Source: Pseudomonadota bacterium (GTDB taxonomy: Bacteria; Desulfobacterota; Desulfovibrionia; Desulfovibrionales; Desulfomicrobiaceae). From it: 64,000 bases of DNA. Location: the NCBI GenBank assembly GCA_018902545.1, contig JAHIQM010000004.1:124882-188881 (forward strand), in the 5' to 3' direction. Positions 45,426-55,346 of this stretch are shown here, in pieces (positions within the stretch are counted from its first letter, which is position 1; every line of letters begins with the position of its first letter). Position numbers and translations under genes: made by a program. The notes beneath the pieces are model-generated. The model was not told the DNA's origin. It made no database searches and saw only the letters and a list, made by a program, of their open reading frames with translations.

Positions 45426-46112
45426 TTGCTCAGCGAATGGGGCGTAATCCGTATCCTTCCCCGCCTTGTCCAGATTCTCGTAATAGGCGGCCCGATCCTC
45501 CACCGGGATGATGACGGTCGGAAATCCTGCCCGCATGAGTTCCAGGTTCATGACGAGCCTAGAGGTCCTGCCGTTTCCGTCCCGGAAGGGATGGATGATG
45601 ACCAGGTCGGCATGCATCTTGGCAGCCCTTTCAACGGGATGAAGGATTTGGGCCTCGCCATGGTACCAGTCGAAGAAGCTCTGCATGCGTTCGCTTATAT
45701 GGAGGTGATCAGGCGGCGTATGCCCTGCGCCTGAGATGATGACGTTGCAGCCGCGATAACGCCCGGCTTCGTTGTCGATACCCCGCAGGACAAGCTGATG
45801 CAACTCCTTCAATATGCGCTCATCAAGCGGGACGTTCTCCTTCACGAGACTTTCCAGATAGGTGATGGCGTCGGCATGGTTGATGGCTTCGAGGTGGTGC
45901 CGCAGCGGTTTGCCGCCGATGGTCAAGCCCTCTTCAAGGACAACTTTGGTCTCCATGAGGGTCAGCGTGTTTCCCTCGATGGCGTTGGAATGGTAGGTGT
46001 ACCTCAGCACCATGTCCTTGCGCAGGTTCTGGACAAGTTCCGGCGCAAGGGGACGATGAGCGTCGAGCTTGGACTTCAGAGCGTCCAGATTGGCCAAGGC
46101 GTCATGGTGCAT
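45366..46112 (-). CDS. Fic family protein (class II, intramolecular inhibitory motif)
   Basis: HPFRDGNGRTSR catalytic motif; N-terminal SNAIEGN. Confidence 0.92.
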   Translation of the reverse strand: MHHDALANLDALKSKLDAHRPLAPELVQNLRKDMVLRYTYHSNAIEGNTLTLMETKVVLEEGLTIGGKPLRHHLEAINHADAITYLESLVKENVPLDERILKELHQLVLRGIDNEAGRYRGCNVIISGAGHTPPDHLHISERMQSFFDWYHGEAQILHPVERAAKMHADLVIIHPFRDGNGRTSRLVMNLELMRAGFPTVIIPVEDRAAYYENLDKAGKDTDYAPFAEQLARLVERSFDPYWYLLGIA

Positions 46113-46123
46113 GGGATATCCTG

Positions 46124-46180
46124 TTTGACTTTCAAGATTTGGTAAACGCGTTGCCCGCCCATGTCCAGCGAACCTACCAC
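46124..46180. repeat. ~56-bp dispersed repeat, copy B (copy A at 7738-7793)
   Basis: Same three conserved blocks; ends just upstream of the fic RBS. Confidence 0.75.
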
Positions 46181-46400
46181 AACCCGCAATCGGTCAGCTA
46201 ATGGCTAAATGGGTATGTCCGCAGTATTCGGTATTCCCCTCCATCCAACGGGAGAGACAGGAAACCCTGAGCGTCGCCCTCTGTATCATCAGGGGTAGCC
46301 CCGCCTTTTCACGTTAAAGAAGGAGTCGGCAAACCGCGCCGGAACCCAAAAAAGAAAAAGCCACTGAAATTTTTACATTTCAGCGGCTTATCTTTTTAGC

Positions 46401-46485
46401 TGGTGTCGAAGGGGGGACTCGAACCCCCACGGGAAATCCCACTACCCCCTCAAGATAGCGTGTCTACCAATTCCACCACTTCGAC
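46401..46485 (-). tRNA. tRNA-Leu (GAG)
   Basis: Acceptor gtcgaag/cttcgac plus ACCA, D-loop tggaattggtag, anticodon arm ctatc-ttGAGgg-ggtag, variable arm, ggttcgagt T-loop; 85 nt. Confidence 0.95.
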
Positions 46486-46571
46486 ATCTAAGCATTCAAA
46501 TTTGCGTAACTAATCCCGCAAACCGGAGATGCAGTCTTTAGCTGCGCCCCTATGGTTTGTCCAGTATTTTT

Positions 46572-46916
46572 TTACTGATTTTTTTCCTGCGCCGCAGGCT
46601 CTTCAGCAGGGGCCGTGGTTACTCCGGCGGGGGCTGCGGGAGTCTGGGTCACGGGCATATCGATGACGATGGATTCCTTGGGGGACGTATGCTTCTGCGT
46701 GCTGACGTAGGTAAAAACCATGGAGGTAAGAAAAAACACGGTCGCCGCTCCGGCGGTCAGTTTGCTGAGCAAACCGCCCGCACCGGTGGATCCGAAAACG
46801 GAGCCGCCGCCACCACCGAAGATTATCCCCATGCCCTCCTTGCCGGATTGCAGCAGGACGAGAACGACAAGGGTGACACAGGCAATGATATGTATGGTTA
46901 TCATCAGGGAGTTCAA
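46572..46916 (-). CDS. secG: Preprotein translocase subunit SecG
   Basis: LVLLQSGKEGMG..FGGGGGSVFGSTGAGGLLSKLT; tpiA-secG-tRNA-Leu context. Confidence 0.93.
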   Translation of the reverse strand: MNSLMITIHIIACVTLVVLVLLQSGKEGMGIIFGGGGGSVFGSTGAGGLLSKLTAGAATVFFLTSMVFTYVSTQKHTSPKESIVIDMPVTQTPAAPAGVTTAPAEEPAAQEKNQ

Positions 46917-46932
46917 GAAAATACCTCCTAAA

Positions 46933-47682
46933 TTATGCTAGCACGATCTGACTGAAACTGTCCGCTTTGAGACTTGCGCCGCCTACCAGCACACCGTCCA
47001 CATTGTCAAGGCGGATGATGGCCGCGGCGTTGTCCGGCTTGACCGAACCGCCGTAGAGAATGCGTACGCGCCCCCCCTCCTGCGGCAACAGGGACTTGAG
47101 TTTGGCGCGCACGAATGCGTGTGCAGCCAGGACCTCATCCGGGCCGGCGACCTCACCGGTACCAATGGCCCAGACCGGTTCGTAGGCCACGGACAGATTT
47201 TCGGCCCTGGCCGTAGTCAGCACTTCGGCCAGCCCGCTTTCGAGCTGGCGGGCCAGGACTTCTTCGATCTGCCCAAGCCGACGTTCGACAATGGTCTCAC
47301 CGATGCACAGGATCATGTGCAGACCCGCTTCCAACCCGAAAGTCACCTTGCGGCCGATCAGTTCGTTCATCTCGCCCAGCACATGCCTGCGTTCGGAGTG
47401 CCCGGCCAAGGCATGGGTGCAACCCAGGTCCAGAAGCTGCTCGGGTGCGATTTCGCCGGTGAAGGCTCCCTGTTTCGACGGATAGAAATTCTGGGCTCCG
47501 GCGTGGCATCCAGCCTGCTTCAGGATGGGGCACACGGCCTGCAGCATGGTCAAGGAAGGGCAGACAAGCACTTCACGGTCCGCAGGCATCTCACCCAGCA
47601 AACCAGTCAGTTCCTCGGCAGTCTTCACGCCCTCTTCCACTGTCTTGTACATCTTCCAGTTGGCGGCCATGAGCTTCTTCAT
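46933..47682 (-). CDS. tpiA: Triosephosphate isomerase
   Basis: AANWKM, GHSERRH, VAYEPVWAIGTG, YGGSVKP, LVGGASL. Confidence 0.96.
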   Translation of the reverse strand: MKKLMAANWKMYKTVEEGVKTAEELTGLLGEMPADREVLVCPSLTMLQAVCPILKQAGCHAGAQNFYPSKQGAFTGEIAPEQLLDLGCTHALAGHSERRHVLGEMNELIGRKVTFGLEAGLHMILCIGETIVERRLGQIEEVLARQLESGLAEVLTTARAENLSVAYEPVWAIGTGEVAGPDEVLAAHAFVRAKLKSLLPQEGGRVRILYGGSVKPDNAAAIIRLDNVDGVLVGGASLKADSFSQIVLA

Positions 47683-48860
47683 GACTTCTTCTCCAGCGCG
47701 GTAAAGGCAGGCAGCTCCTTGCCCTCCAAGAATTCCAGGAACGAACCGCCCCCGGTTGAAATAAAGGAGAACTTGTCCGACATGTTCATCTGCTCGACGA
47801 TGACGTTGGTATCGCCGCCGCCGAGGATGGTCATGCCGGAGATGGCTCCCAACACCCGGCACAGGTTGATGGAGCCCTGGGCAAAGGCCGGATTCTCGAA
47901 CGCTCCCATGGGCCCGTTCCAGATCACGGTCCCGGCGTTCTTGATGACCTCTGAGAAGAGGGTGTGCGAAGCGGGCCCGGTGTCCAGAATCATTTCGTCT
48001 TCGGGGATATCCTGATAGGTGCGTACGCCCGAGGCGATGCCGCCCTTGGGATCGGTGCCAAGGATGAAGTCCACGGGCAGGTAGAACTTGACGCCCTTCT
48101 CCCGCGCCTCGACCATGATGACCATGGCCTCTTCGAGCAGGTCGTCCTCCACCAGGGACGTGCCGACCTCGAAACCCTGGGCCTTGCGGAAGGTGTTGGC
48201 CATGGCTCCGCCGACGATCATGGAATCGACCTCTTCGAGCAGCGCTTTCAGAATGCCCAGTTTGGAGGAAACCTTGGCCCCGCCGATGATAGCCACGAAG
48301 GGTCGCGCCGGATTTTCCAGGGCCTCGCCCAGATACTGCCATTCTTTCTTGAGCAAGAGGCCGCCGCAACAATCAGTGATGTATTCCGTGACGCCGACAA
48401 CAGAGGCATGGGCCCGGTGGGACGCGCCAAAGGCGTCGTTGACGTAGACCTGCCCGAGCTTGGCCAACTCGCGGCTGAAGTCCGGATCGTTCTTGGTCTC
48501 ACCGGGATGGAAGCGCAGATTTTCGAGCAGCAGGACCTCGCCGGGTTTAAGCGCCTCGGCCATGGCCTGCACCTCGGGGCCGACGCAGTCCGGGGCCATG
48601 CGCACCTCGCGCCCGAGCAGTTCGGCCAGGCGAACGGCCACGGGCTGCAGGGAAAATTCCGGCGCAGGGGCACCCTTGGGCCGCCCGAGATGAGAACAGA
48701 TCACCAACGATGCCCCGCCCTCCAGGGCCAGCGCCAGGGTCGGCAGACTCTGTTTGATACGGTTATCATCGACAATGGCCCCATCCTTGAGGGGTACGTT
48801 GTAGTCGACGCGCATGAGAACGCGCTTGCCGCTGACATTGAGTTCATCGAGAAATCGCAT
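47679..48860 (-). CDS. pgk: Phosphoglycerate kinase
   Basis: RVDYNVP, SHLGRP, LLENLRF, GGAKVSSK, WNGPMG, ISTGGGSFLEFLEG. Confidence 0.96.
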   Translation of the reverse strand: MRFLDELNVSGKRVLMRVDYNVPLKDGAIVDDNRIKQSLPTLALALEGGASLVICSHLGRPKGAPAPEFSLQPVAVRLAELLGREVRMAPDCVGPEVQAMAEALKPGEVLLLENLRFHPGETKNDPDFSRELAKLGQVYVNDAFGASHRAHASVVGVTEYITDCCGGLLLKKEWQYLGEALENPARPFVAIIGGAKVSSKLGILKALLEEVDSMIVGGAMANTFRKAQGFEVGTSLVEDDLLEEAMVIMVEAREKGVKFYLPVDFILGTDPKGGIASGVRTYQDIPEDEMILDTGPASHTLFSEVIKNAGTVIWNGPMGAFENPAFAQGSINLCRVLGAISGMTILGGGDTNVIVEQMNMSDKFSFISTGGGSFLEFLEGKELPAFTALEKKS

Positions 48861-49076
48861 ATGATCTCCTCCCATGGGGCTATTGGCTGTAATGTTCGGG
48901 CACACGCCCGCTCTGGATTCCGTAAGGGAATCACTGAAAAATGACAATGGCCGGGCCAAAACAGATCGGGCTTGAATGCGAACAGATACTTGATCCCAGC
49001 GCTCAAAGCACGCACAATGGGCATTACATTTCCGTTTTCCAAGGACTCTCCCATGCCGAAAACCTGCATCTCACCC

Positions 49077-50246
49077 ATGACTATGAATAGCGCCATCCTG
49101 ACCCGCAGCTGCGAGCAACTCGAATACGTGCGCCTCATCCGCCGCGAGTTGCACCGCTTTCCCGAGGTCGGAACGGATTTACCCCGGACCAGAGCCCTGG
49201 TGCTGCGCGAACTGGGCAAGCTGAATCTGAACGTGCGTGAAGATGTGGGCGGCGGCATCGTGGCCGACCTGCAAGGGCCGCAGGGCAGCCCGCGCATCGC
49301 CCTGCGCGCCGACATGGACGCCCTGCCCATGCAGGAGGAGTCCGGGCTCGACTTCGCATCCGAAATACCCGGACAGAGTCACATGTGCGGGCATGACGCC
49401 CACACGGCCATACTGCTGGGCGTGGCCAGGCTGGCGGCAACCCAGGCCGGGCCTCTCAGAAACCATGTACGCTTTCTCTTTCAGCCCAACGAGGAATTCC
49501 AGCCCGGCGGGGCCAGAGCCATGACTGAGACCGGATGCCTGGACGGTGTGGATCAGGTCTACGGTATGCACGTTTGGCCAGGACAGCCCACAGGATGGTT
49601 CGGAACGCGGCCAGGCCCGCTCATGGCCCGGCCAGACGTCTTTTCCATCACCGTCACCGGCAAAGGCGGCCATGCCTCGGCCCCGCAGAATTGCACCGAC
49701 CCGATATTGGCCGCGAGCCAGCTGGTCACCTTGCTTCAGGGCATCGTCTCCCGCCGGATACCACCGGGGGAACGCGCTGTGCTGAGCGTGACCCGTTTCC
49801 AGGCCGGGAGCAGCTACAATATCATCCCGGACACGGCATTCCTGCAAGGCACGGTGCGTACCCTGAGCGATGACACTGGGGATCTTGTTCAAACGGAAAT
49901 GCAGCGGCTCGTCTCGGGCCTGGCCGTGAGCATGAACGTGCGGGCGGAGCTGGATTACCAGCGCGGCTACCCGGTGGTGGTGAATGACGCGACCTGCACG
50001 GCCCTCGCCGTTACTGTGCTGCGCGGCATCTCGGCCAATGTTGATGCGGGAATCGATCCGGTCATGGCGGGGGAGGATTTTTCGTATTACCTGAACAAGG
50101 TTCCGGGCTGCTTCATCTTCATGGGATGCGGCCCCTGCGGCGCAGACGGCAGGGGCGGGCTACACAACGCCTGCTTCTGCCTGGACGAAGACTGCCTGCC
50201 CTGGGGAGTGGCGGCCTTTGCCGCATTGGCCCTGCAAGAGGCATAG
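49077..50246 (+). CDS. M20 family amidohydrolase
   Basis: RRELHRFPE, LRADMDALP, HMCGHDAH, FQPNEE, GEDFSY; start uncertain (49077/49083). Confidence 0.9.
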   Translation: MTMNSAILTRSCEQLEYVRLIRRELHRFPEVGTDLPRTRALVLRELGKLNLNVREDVGGGIVADLQGPQGSPRIALRADMDALPMQEESGLDFASEIPGQSHMCGHDAHTAILLGVARLAATQAGPLRNHVRFLFQPNEEFQPGGARAMTETGCLDGVDQVYGMHVWPGQPTGWFGTRPGPLMARPDVFSITVTGKGGHASAPQNCTDPILAASQLVTLLQGIVSRRIPPGERAVLSVTRFQAGSSYNIIPDTAFLQGTVRTLSDDTGDLVQTEMQRLVSGLAVSMNVRAELDYQRGYPVVVNDATCTALAVTVLRGISANVDAGIDPVMAGEDFSYYLNKVPGCFIFMGCGPCGADGRGGLHNACFCLDEDCLPWGVAAFAALALQEA

Positions 50247-50307
50247 GTCGAGCGGGTCTGCCCTGCCTCGGTTTTCGGCCTTTTCTCGCGGGTGGAAATT
50301 GTGCGTG

Positions 50308-50370
50308 AATTCCGTAGGGGCGAAAAATTCGCGTCAATTCCGTTAGGGCGAAAAATTTTTCGCCCCTACA
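50308..50370. repeat. GTAG-type REP-like palindrome, one partial and one near-complete unit
   Basis: aattccgtaggggcgaaaaatt then aattccgttagggcgaaaaatttttcgcccctac. Confidence 0.65.
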
Positions 50371-50459
50371 TGTATCGCCCTGGAATCAATCATCACATCA
50401 ACGCCACAATCCCGTCCGGGCGGCCCGCACCACAAATGGGCAGGCACATCGGCCTGCCC

Positions 50460-50786
50460 CTACGGCTGCTCGTAAAAAACGTAGGTCGCGAACTCCGAAA
50501 CCTCGAAATAGACCTTCTTCTCGTCCACGCCGGGCAGGCCGTCCAGGTTGGTGTCGGCGATGCCGTATCCGAAGCGGTAGCCGCGGGGCTGGCTGTCGGA
50601 AGTGCCGTAGGCCGTGGAGAGTTTGTCTATCTTCACAAAGCGGCGAACGAGCTTTTCCCCGGAATAGACTTCGAGCACCCCATTGGTGCCGGTCCAGTTC
50701 TGAATGGTCCGCCCGAGCTGGTTCTGGGCTTCCTGCGTGCACCCCAAAAGACTTGTCAGCAAAAGCGCAAACAATAATTTTTTCAT
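50460..50786 (-). CDS. Small lipoprotein, unknown function
   Basis: MKKLLFALLLTSLLGC lipobox; GGAG RBS. Confidence 0.8.
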   Translation of the reverse strand: MKKLLFALLLTSLLGCTQEAQNQLGRTIQNWTGTNGVLEVYSGEKLVRRFVKIDKLSTAYGTSDSQPRGYRFGYGIADTNLDGLPGVDEKKVYFEVSEFATYVFYEQP

Positions 50787-50827
50787 TTTTTCTCCATCTT
50801 TTTGAGTCACAATTACGATGAGGCTTT

Positions 50828-51550
50828 TTAGTCCGTCCCATCCCCGCGCCGCCATTTGGTCCAGGCCGGAAGATTCTCCCAGGCATTGCGCATCTGCCCC
50901 TCGTAGGCGTCGGTTAACGGATCGAGTGTGCGCAGGGCGGCCTTGAAGGCCGAACCGTGGTTGCGGTGTTCCACGTGACAGAACTCATGCAGGACGACAT
51001 TACGGACCAGGGGCGGCGAAAGGAAAAGCAGCTTGGCGTTCAGACTGATGGTGAACCGTGCCGAACAACTGCCCCAGCGTCCGCCCTGATTGCGCACCTG
51101 CACGCCACCGATGGGCACGCCGTACTGTGCGGCCAGCTCTAGGCAATAAGCAATAAGATGCGTCTTGCCCAGACCCACCAGCCACATCTGCAGCAAGGTG
51201 GCTCCATCCCCGACCTTGCCGCACGGCAGAAACACGCGCAGGTCTTCCTCGCCTGCATGCAACTCGGCGCGGGGACCTTCCTCGTAGCGTACGGAAAATC
51301 GGCGGTCCAGAAATTCCAGCCGGATCGCATCCGGCAGCGGATTCTGCCCAGGAGCCTCGCCCCTGTCCTTCAGTTCGGCCAGACGCTCCATAAGCCACCT
51401 CTGGTGCCGCTCCAGAATGGAAGGCACCTCGGAGGTCGATACGCGATACGGCAACACGACCTCGATCCCCCGGCAGGAACGCATCTTGAGCCATACCTTG
51501 CGGGCGCGGGGGCTGCGAATCACGGTAACGGGAATGGAGTGCCAGTGCAT
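50828..51550 (-). CDS. M48/SprT-like zinc metalloprotease (YgjP/DUF45 type)
   Basis: RSPRARK, RWGSCS, VVLHEFCHVEHRNHGSAF. Confidence 0.9.
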   Translation of the reverse strand: MHWHSIPVTVIRSPRARKVWLKMRSCRGIEVVLPYRVSTSEVPSILERHQRWLMERLAELKDRGEAPGQNPLPDAIRLEFLDRRFSVRYEEGPRAELHAGEEDLRVFLPCGKVGDGATLLQMWLVGLGKTHLIAYCLELAAQYGVPIGGVQVRNQGGRWGSCSARFTISLNAKLLFLSPPLVRNVVLHEFCHVEHRNHGSAFKAALRTLDPLTDAYEGQMRNAWENLPAWTKWRRGDGTD

Positions 51551-51583
51551 AAATGAAAAGGGCGGCTTGCGCCGCCCTCCTAT

Positions 51584-54500
51584 TTACCAGATGTTTTCGC
51601 GTTGAACTGCCAGGGCTTTGACCTGCTCGTCAAAGTCGGAGAACCCGGCCTGATGCAATGCATCAAGAACCGTGGTTCCCCAATCCCAGTTTGAGTAGAT
51701 GACCGGCTTGTGGAAGATGCTGCGGAAGGATGCCAGTTCCTGGCGATAGAAGTTCTCCTTCACGCTGCCAAGATTGGACTGCAGCTGTTCGTGCAGACGG
51801 GCCAGCTCCCCGTCGTACCAGTCCATGAGGTCGGGACCGGAGGTGTTCTTCTTGAGGATGTGCTCGTAGCGGTTTTCGGCCAGCAGCATGTGCAGCCGTT
51901 CCAGATGCTGTTCCTTGAGCCAGGCGCCCAGGCCCGAGAGCGAGATGTTCTCAGCCTCCACCTCAGCCACGTCAAACTTGGTCTGCTGGTAGGTGTCCGG
52001 CACGACGGAGGCCGAGACGATGCCCGCGATGCAGACCAGGCCGCGAATGATCTTGGAGTTGGACACGCCCTGACCGCAGAAGCCGACCTTCTTTCCGAAC
52101 TTCTGGCCGGTGAAGATGGTGGTCAGGATGGCCCACACCACCGCCGGGTCTTCTTCATCATAGATGTGGCGCAGGCGCGCGTTGTCACGGTCCGTGCCGA
52201 GCACAAGCTGGGTCATGTCATTAGAACCGATGGAGAAGCCGTCGAATTCCTTGATGAATTCCTTGGCCAGCACAGCGTTGCTGGGAATCTCGGACATAAG
52301 GATGATCTTGAGGCCAGAGTCACCGGAGTGGATGTTGTGCACCTGACCCAGATAACGCTTCATGGAGCGCGCCTCTTCAAGGGTGCGCACGAAAGGCAGC
52401 ATCAGGTGCAGGTTCGAGCCGCCGAAAGCGCCGCGCGCCAGCTTGAATGATTCCAGTTCCCAGTCGTGGATGTCGCGGGACACGCCCCGATATCCGAGCA
52501 TGGGGTTATCCTCATGGCCCTCGAAAAGGATGCCGCCCAAAAGGTTGCGGTACTCGTTGGTCTTGTAGTCCGTGGTGCGGTAGACGATGGTCTTGCCGTG
52601 AAAAGCCATGGAGAAAAGGGCCAGGCCCTGGGCCAAACTCTGGATGTAGAGCTCTTTGCCGCTGCGGTAGCCGCGCGACTTGAGGATTTCGCGGATCTTC
52701 TCGGGCAGGGTGCGGACCATGTCCATCTCCTGCTGCAGGCCGACCTTCTTGGCGACGTCTTCGCGCATGGCGGAGATTTTATCCAGGATGGCGATGATGA
52801 CCGGTTCGTGCTCGATGCGGGCCACGTCCCTAGCGATGGAGTCCTGAAGCTCCAGGCGGCGGCGCTGGGAATGGGGATCTCCCCCCAGATTCTCCAACTC
52901 GTCGGAATAGCCCATGATGACCACGACATGGTCTTTCAGCTTGTGCGAAGTCTTGAGCACCTCGAAGCGCTGGGTGGCGAACTCAAGGTGTTCGTCGAGC
53001 TTCTTGTCCAGTTCACGTAACTGGCGGTGGATGGCCAGGACCTCGTCGGTGCCCTTGGCGCCTTCCTTCTCGGTCAACTCTTCCATCTTGCGCGCCAGGC
53101 CGGTGACGATGCCCACGTAGCTGCGCAGTTTGATGTCCAGGGAAATGGTGCCGGCCGCCATCTGGTCGGAAACGATCTTGGTCAGATCGTTTTCGAGGAT
53201 GGTCAGCTTGGTATTGACCACCGACTCAAGGGTACCAAGGTCGTAGGCCTCCAGGGCCAGGGGGTGGACGCCGATGTTGCCGAGCATGAACTCGGCGCGC
53301 AGCAGTCCGACCTCGAAATCAGGCACTTCGCGTAGTCGGGACAAAAACAGAGACTGCCCCACGTCGGCCAGAATAAGCCCGACCTTTGTCTTGGTGGGCG
53401 GGAATTTGCTGACGTCGATCTCGCCGCCCACGTCGATGAGCGGCAACAGGCCCCGGTAGATCTTGCCACGCGATCCATCCACGGTCACATCGTGGCCGTC
53501 CAGGGTACGCAGCTTCTCCAGACGCTTGATGCCGATGACCGCAGGTATCCCAAGCTCGCGGGAGGTGATGGCCGCATGACTGGTGTCACCGCCGGCATCG
53601 GCCATGATGGCCGAGGCAATGCGCATGCCCGGCACCATGTCCGGATCCGTGCGTTCGGCGGCCAGGATGTTGCCCTTGCTAATCTTGTTCAGTTCCAGGG
53701 CGGAGCGCAGGTAACGCACCGAGCCCTGGCCTGCACCGCGGGATGCGCCGTTGCCTTCCAGAAGCACTTCGGCGTCCTTGGCGGCCACGGGGTCCACTTC
53801 TTTGCGGCGCATGAAAATGGTGTGCGGATGGTGCTCCAGGTCCTCGTTCCAGCGGGTCTCGGGACGGGCCTGCACGAACCAGAGGCGGTCCCACTGGTCG
53901 ATGCAGAACTCGGAGTCCATGATCATGCCGCCGTAGCCTTTGCTGATGCAGCGCACGCCCTGGGCCACGGACTCGGCCTGGGCCAAAGACAGGGACCAGC
54001 GGTAAGCCATGTCCTCGGCCACGGCCTCGACCTTGGTGCCGCGCCCGGACTCCTTGTAGACGATGCGCTTGTCCTTGCAGCCCATGTAACGGATGACGAT
54101 TTCCTGCCCGTCCTCGCGCTGGAATACATAAAACTTGTCGGGGGTGACCAGGCCGCTGACCACGGCCTCGCCCAGACCATAGCTGGCGTCGATGGAGACG
54201 AGGTCGTTGCGCGTCGTGCCCCGGCACCCGGTGGAGGTGTCGGCGGAAAAGGCCGTGCCGGAGATGACCGGGTTGATCATGCGCATGAGGCACACCGACA
54301 ACGAGGTATTCTCGATGGCCCACTCCTGCTTGGCCTTGATGGCGATCTGATCGTCCCCGGTCTGCTCGGCCCTGGCCACGGCGTCGAGGATGGCCTCGCG
54401 GCGATAGGTCATGGATCGCAGATTGTAGGCGGAGGCGCAGTCCCAGTGGTAGGCCTGGACCACGTAATTCTCGCCGACGATGTTCAGGTACGTGTCCTGC

Positions 54501-55177
54501 AGTCCAGCGAAAGCCTTCTTGCGGCTGTCCTCGCCCGCCGCGGAAGAGCGGACGGCCACGGGCTCATTCTCAAGGCCAGCTTCCTTGCAGATGTCGAGGT
54601 AGGCTCCGCGCACGGCCTCGACCACATCCTTGGGCAGGTCGACCGAGAGAATCGCCGCCTGCACGATCACAGAGCGTTTGCGCAGCTGATCGATGCCTTC
54701 GGGAGAAACGGCGAACCCTTCAACCACGTTGTTGACGAAGGTGCGCAGGCGGATCAGCGTCCCCTCATGCTTCCGGGCGGCCTCCTTCACGTCGAGGGCG
54801 ATCTTGCGGACGAACTTCTGCAGAAATTCCGAATCCTTGTTGATCTCGGCATCGGTCCAGTCCATGGAGTCGTAGGCCTTGTCCACCGAAGAACGGACCA
54901 GGGCGGCGTTGACCCTGGTTTCGTCGAGAAGCATGTGAAATGCGATGGAGGAGATGGCCCTGAATTGCGGAGCCCTGATACCTTCAATGGTGCTGATTAT
55001 GGCGGTATTGTAGTTCTTGCCGCCAACCAGCAACTCGGCATCCTCGCCGATAGTCACGATGTCCTTGCCGGTCAGGACCAGCTGTTTCTGGATCTGCTCA
55101 ATCGCGGCTTGAGATGTCGCGGCCTCCGCGGACGTTTCGGCTTTTTTCTTGGGACTCTTCTTATCGCTCTCAGCCAT
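51584..55177 (-). CDS. ppsA: Phosphoenolpyruvate synthase / pyruvate,water dikinase family protein (long form, 1197 aa)
   Basis: VGGKN, VAVRSSA..ED, FAGLQDTYL, VQARPET, DTSHAAITSRELG phospho-His motif, GFSIGSNDMTQL. Confidence 0.88.
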   Translation of the reverse strand: MAESDKKSPKKKAETSAEAATSQAAIEQIQKQLVLTGKDIVTIGEDAELLVGGKNYNTAIISTIEGIRAPQFRAISSIAFHMLLDETRVNAALVRSSVDKAYDSMDWTDAEINKDSEFLQKFVRKIALDVKEAARKHEGTLIRLRTFVNNVVEGFAVSPEGIDQLRKRSVIVQAAILSVDLPKDVVEAVRGAYLDICKEAGLENEPVAVRSSAAGEDSRKKAFAGLQDTYLNIVGENYVVQAYHWDCASAYNLRSMTYRREAILDAVARAEQTGDDQIAIKAKQEWAIENTSLSVCLMRMINPVISGTAFSADTSTGCRGTTRNDLVSIDASYGLGEAVVSGLVTPDKFYVFQREDGQEIVIRYMGCKDKRIVYKESGRGTKVEAVAEDMAYRWSLSLAQAESVAQGVRCISKGYGGMIMDSEFCIDQWDRLWFVQARPETRWNEDLEHHPHTIFMRRKEVDPVAAKDAEVLLEGNGASRGAGQGSVRYLRSALELNKISKGNILAAERTDPDMVPGMRIASAIMADAGGDTSHAAITSRELGIPAVIGIKRLEKLRTLDGHDVTVDGSRGKIYRGLLPLIDVGGEIDVSKFPPTKTKVGLILADVGQSLFLSRLREVPDFEVGLLRAEFMLGNIGVHPLALEAYDLGTLESVVNTKLTILENDLTKIVSDQMAAGTISLDIKLRSYVGIVTGLARKMEELTEKEGAKGTDEVLAIHRQLRELDKKLDEHLEFATQRFEVLKTSHKLKDHVVVIMGYSDELENLGGDPHSQRRRLELQDSIARDVARIEHEPVIIAILDKISAMREDVAKKVGLQQEMDMVRTLPEKIREILKSRGYRSGKELYIQSLAQGLALFSMAFHGKTIVYRTTDYKTNEYRNLLGGILFEGHEDNPMLGYRGVSRDIHDWELESFKLARGAFGGSNLHLMLPFVRTLEEARSMKRYLGQVHNIHSGDSGLKIILMSEIPSNAVLAKEFIKEFDGFSIGSNDMTQLVLGTDRDNARLRHIYDEEDPAVVWAILTTIFTGQKFGKKVGFCGQGVSNSKIIRGLVCIAGIVSASVVPDTYQQTKFDVAEVEAENISLSGLGAWLKEQHLERLHMLLAENRYEHILKKNTSGPDLMDWYDGELARLHEQLQSNLGSVKENFYRQELASFRSIFHKPVIYSNWDWGTTVLDALHQAGFSDFDEQVKALAVQRENIW

Positions 55178-55346
55178 CTTCTCCTCCTCTTTCGTGCGCA
55201 TATCGAAAGCAAATGTGATCGCCCGCAATAAAACTGGGCTTGGGGTACATGCCGACGTATCCGTACGTCAACACTACAAAACCGTCATGACACGAAAAAA
55301 AAATCTGCAAAAGTTCTTGACAGAAAAGAACGGGTCCGTGGCCCGC

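Noticed and set aside
47683-48372. 230-aa N-terminal extension on TpiA in the ORF track
   Set aside because: An alternative frame inside pgk; TpiA starts at MKKLMAANWK (47682) with the usual overlap
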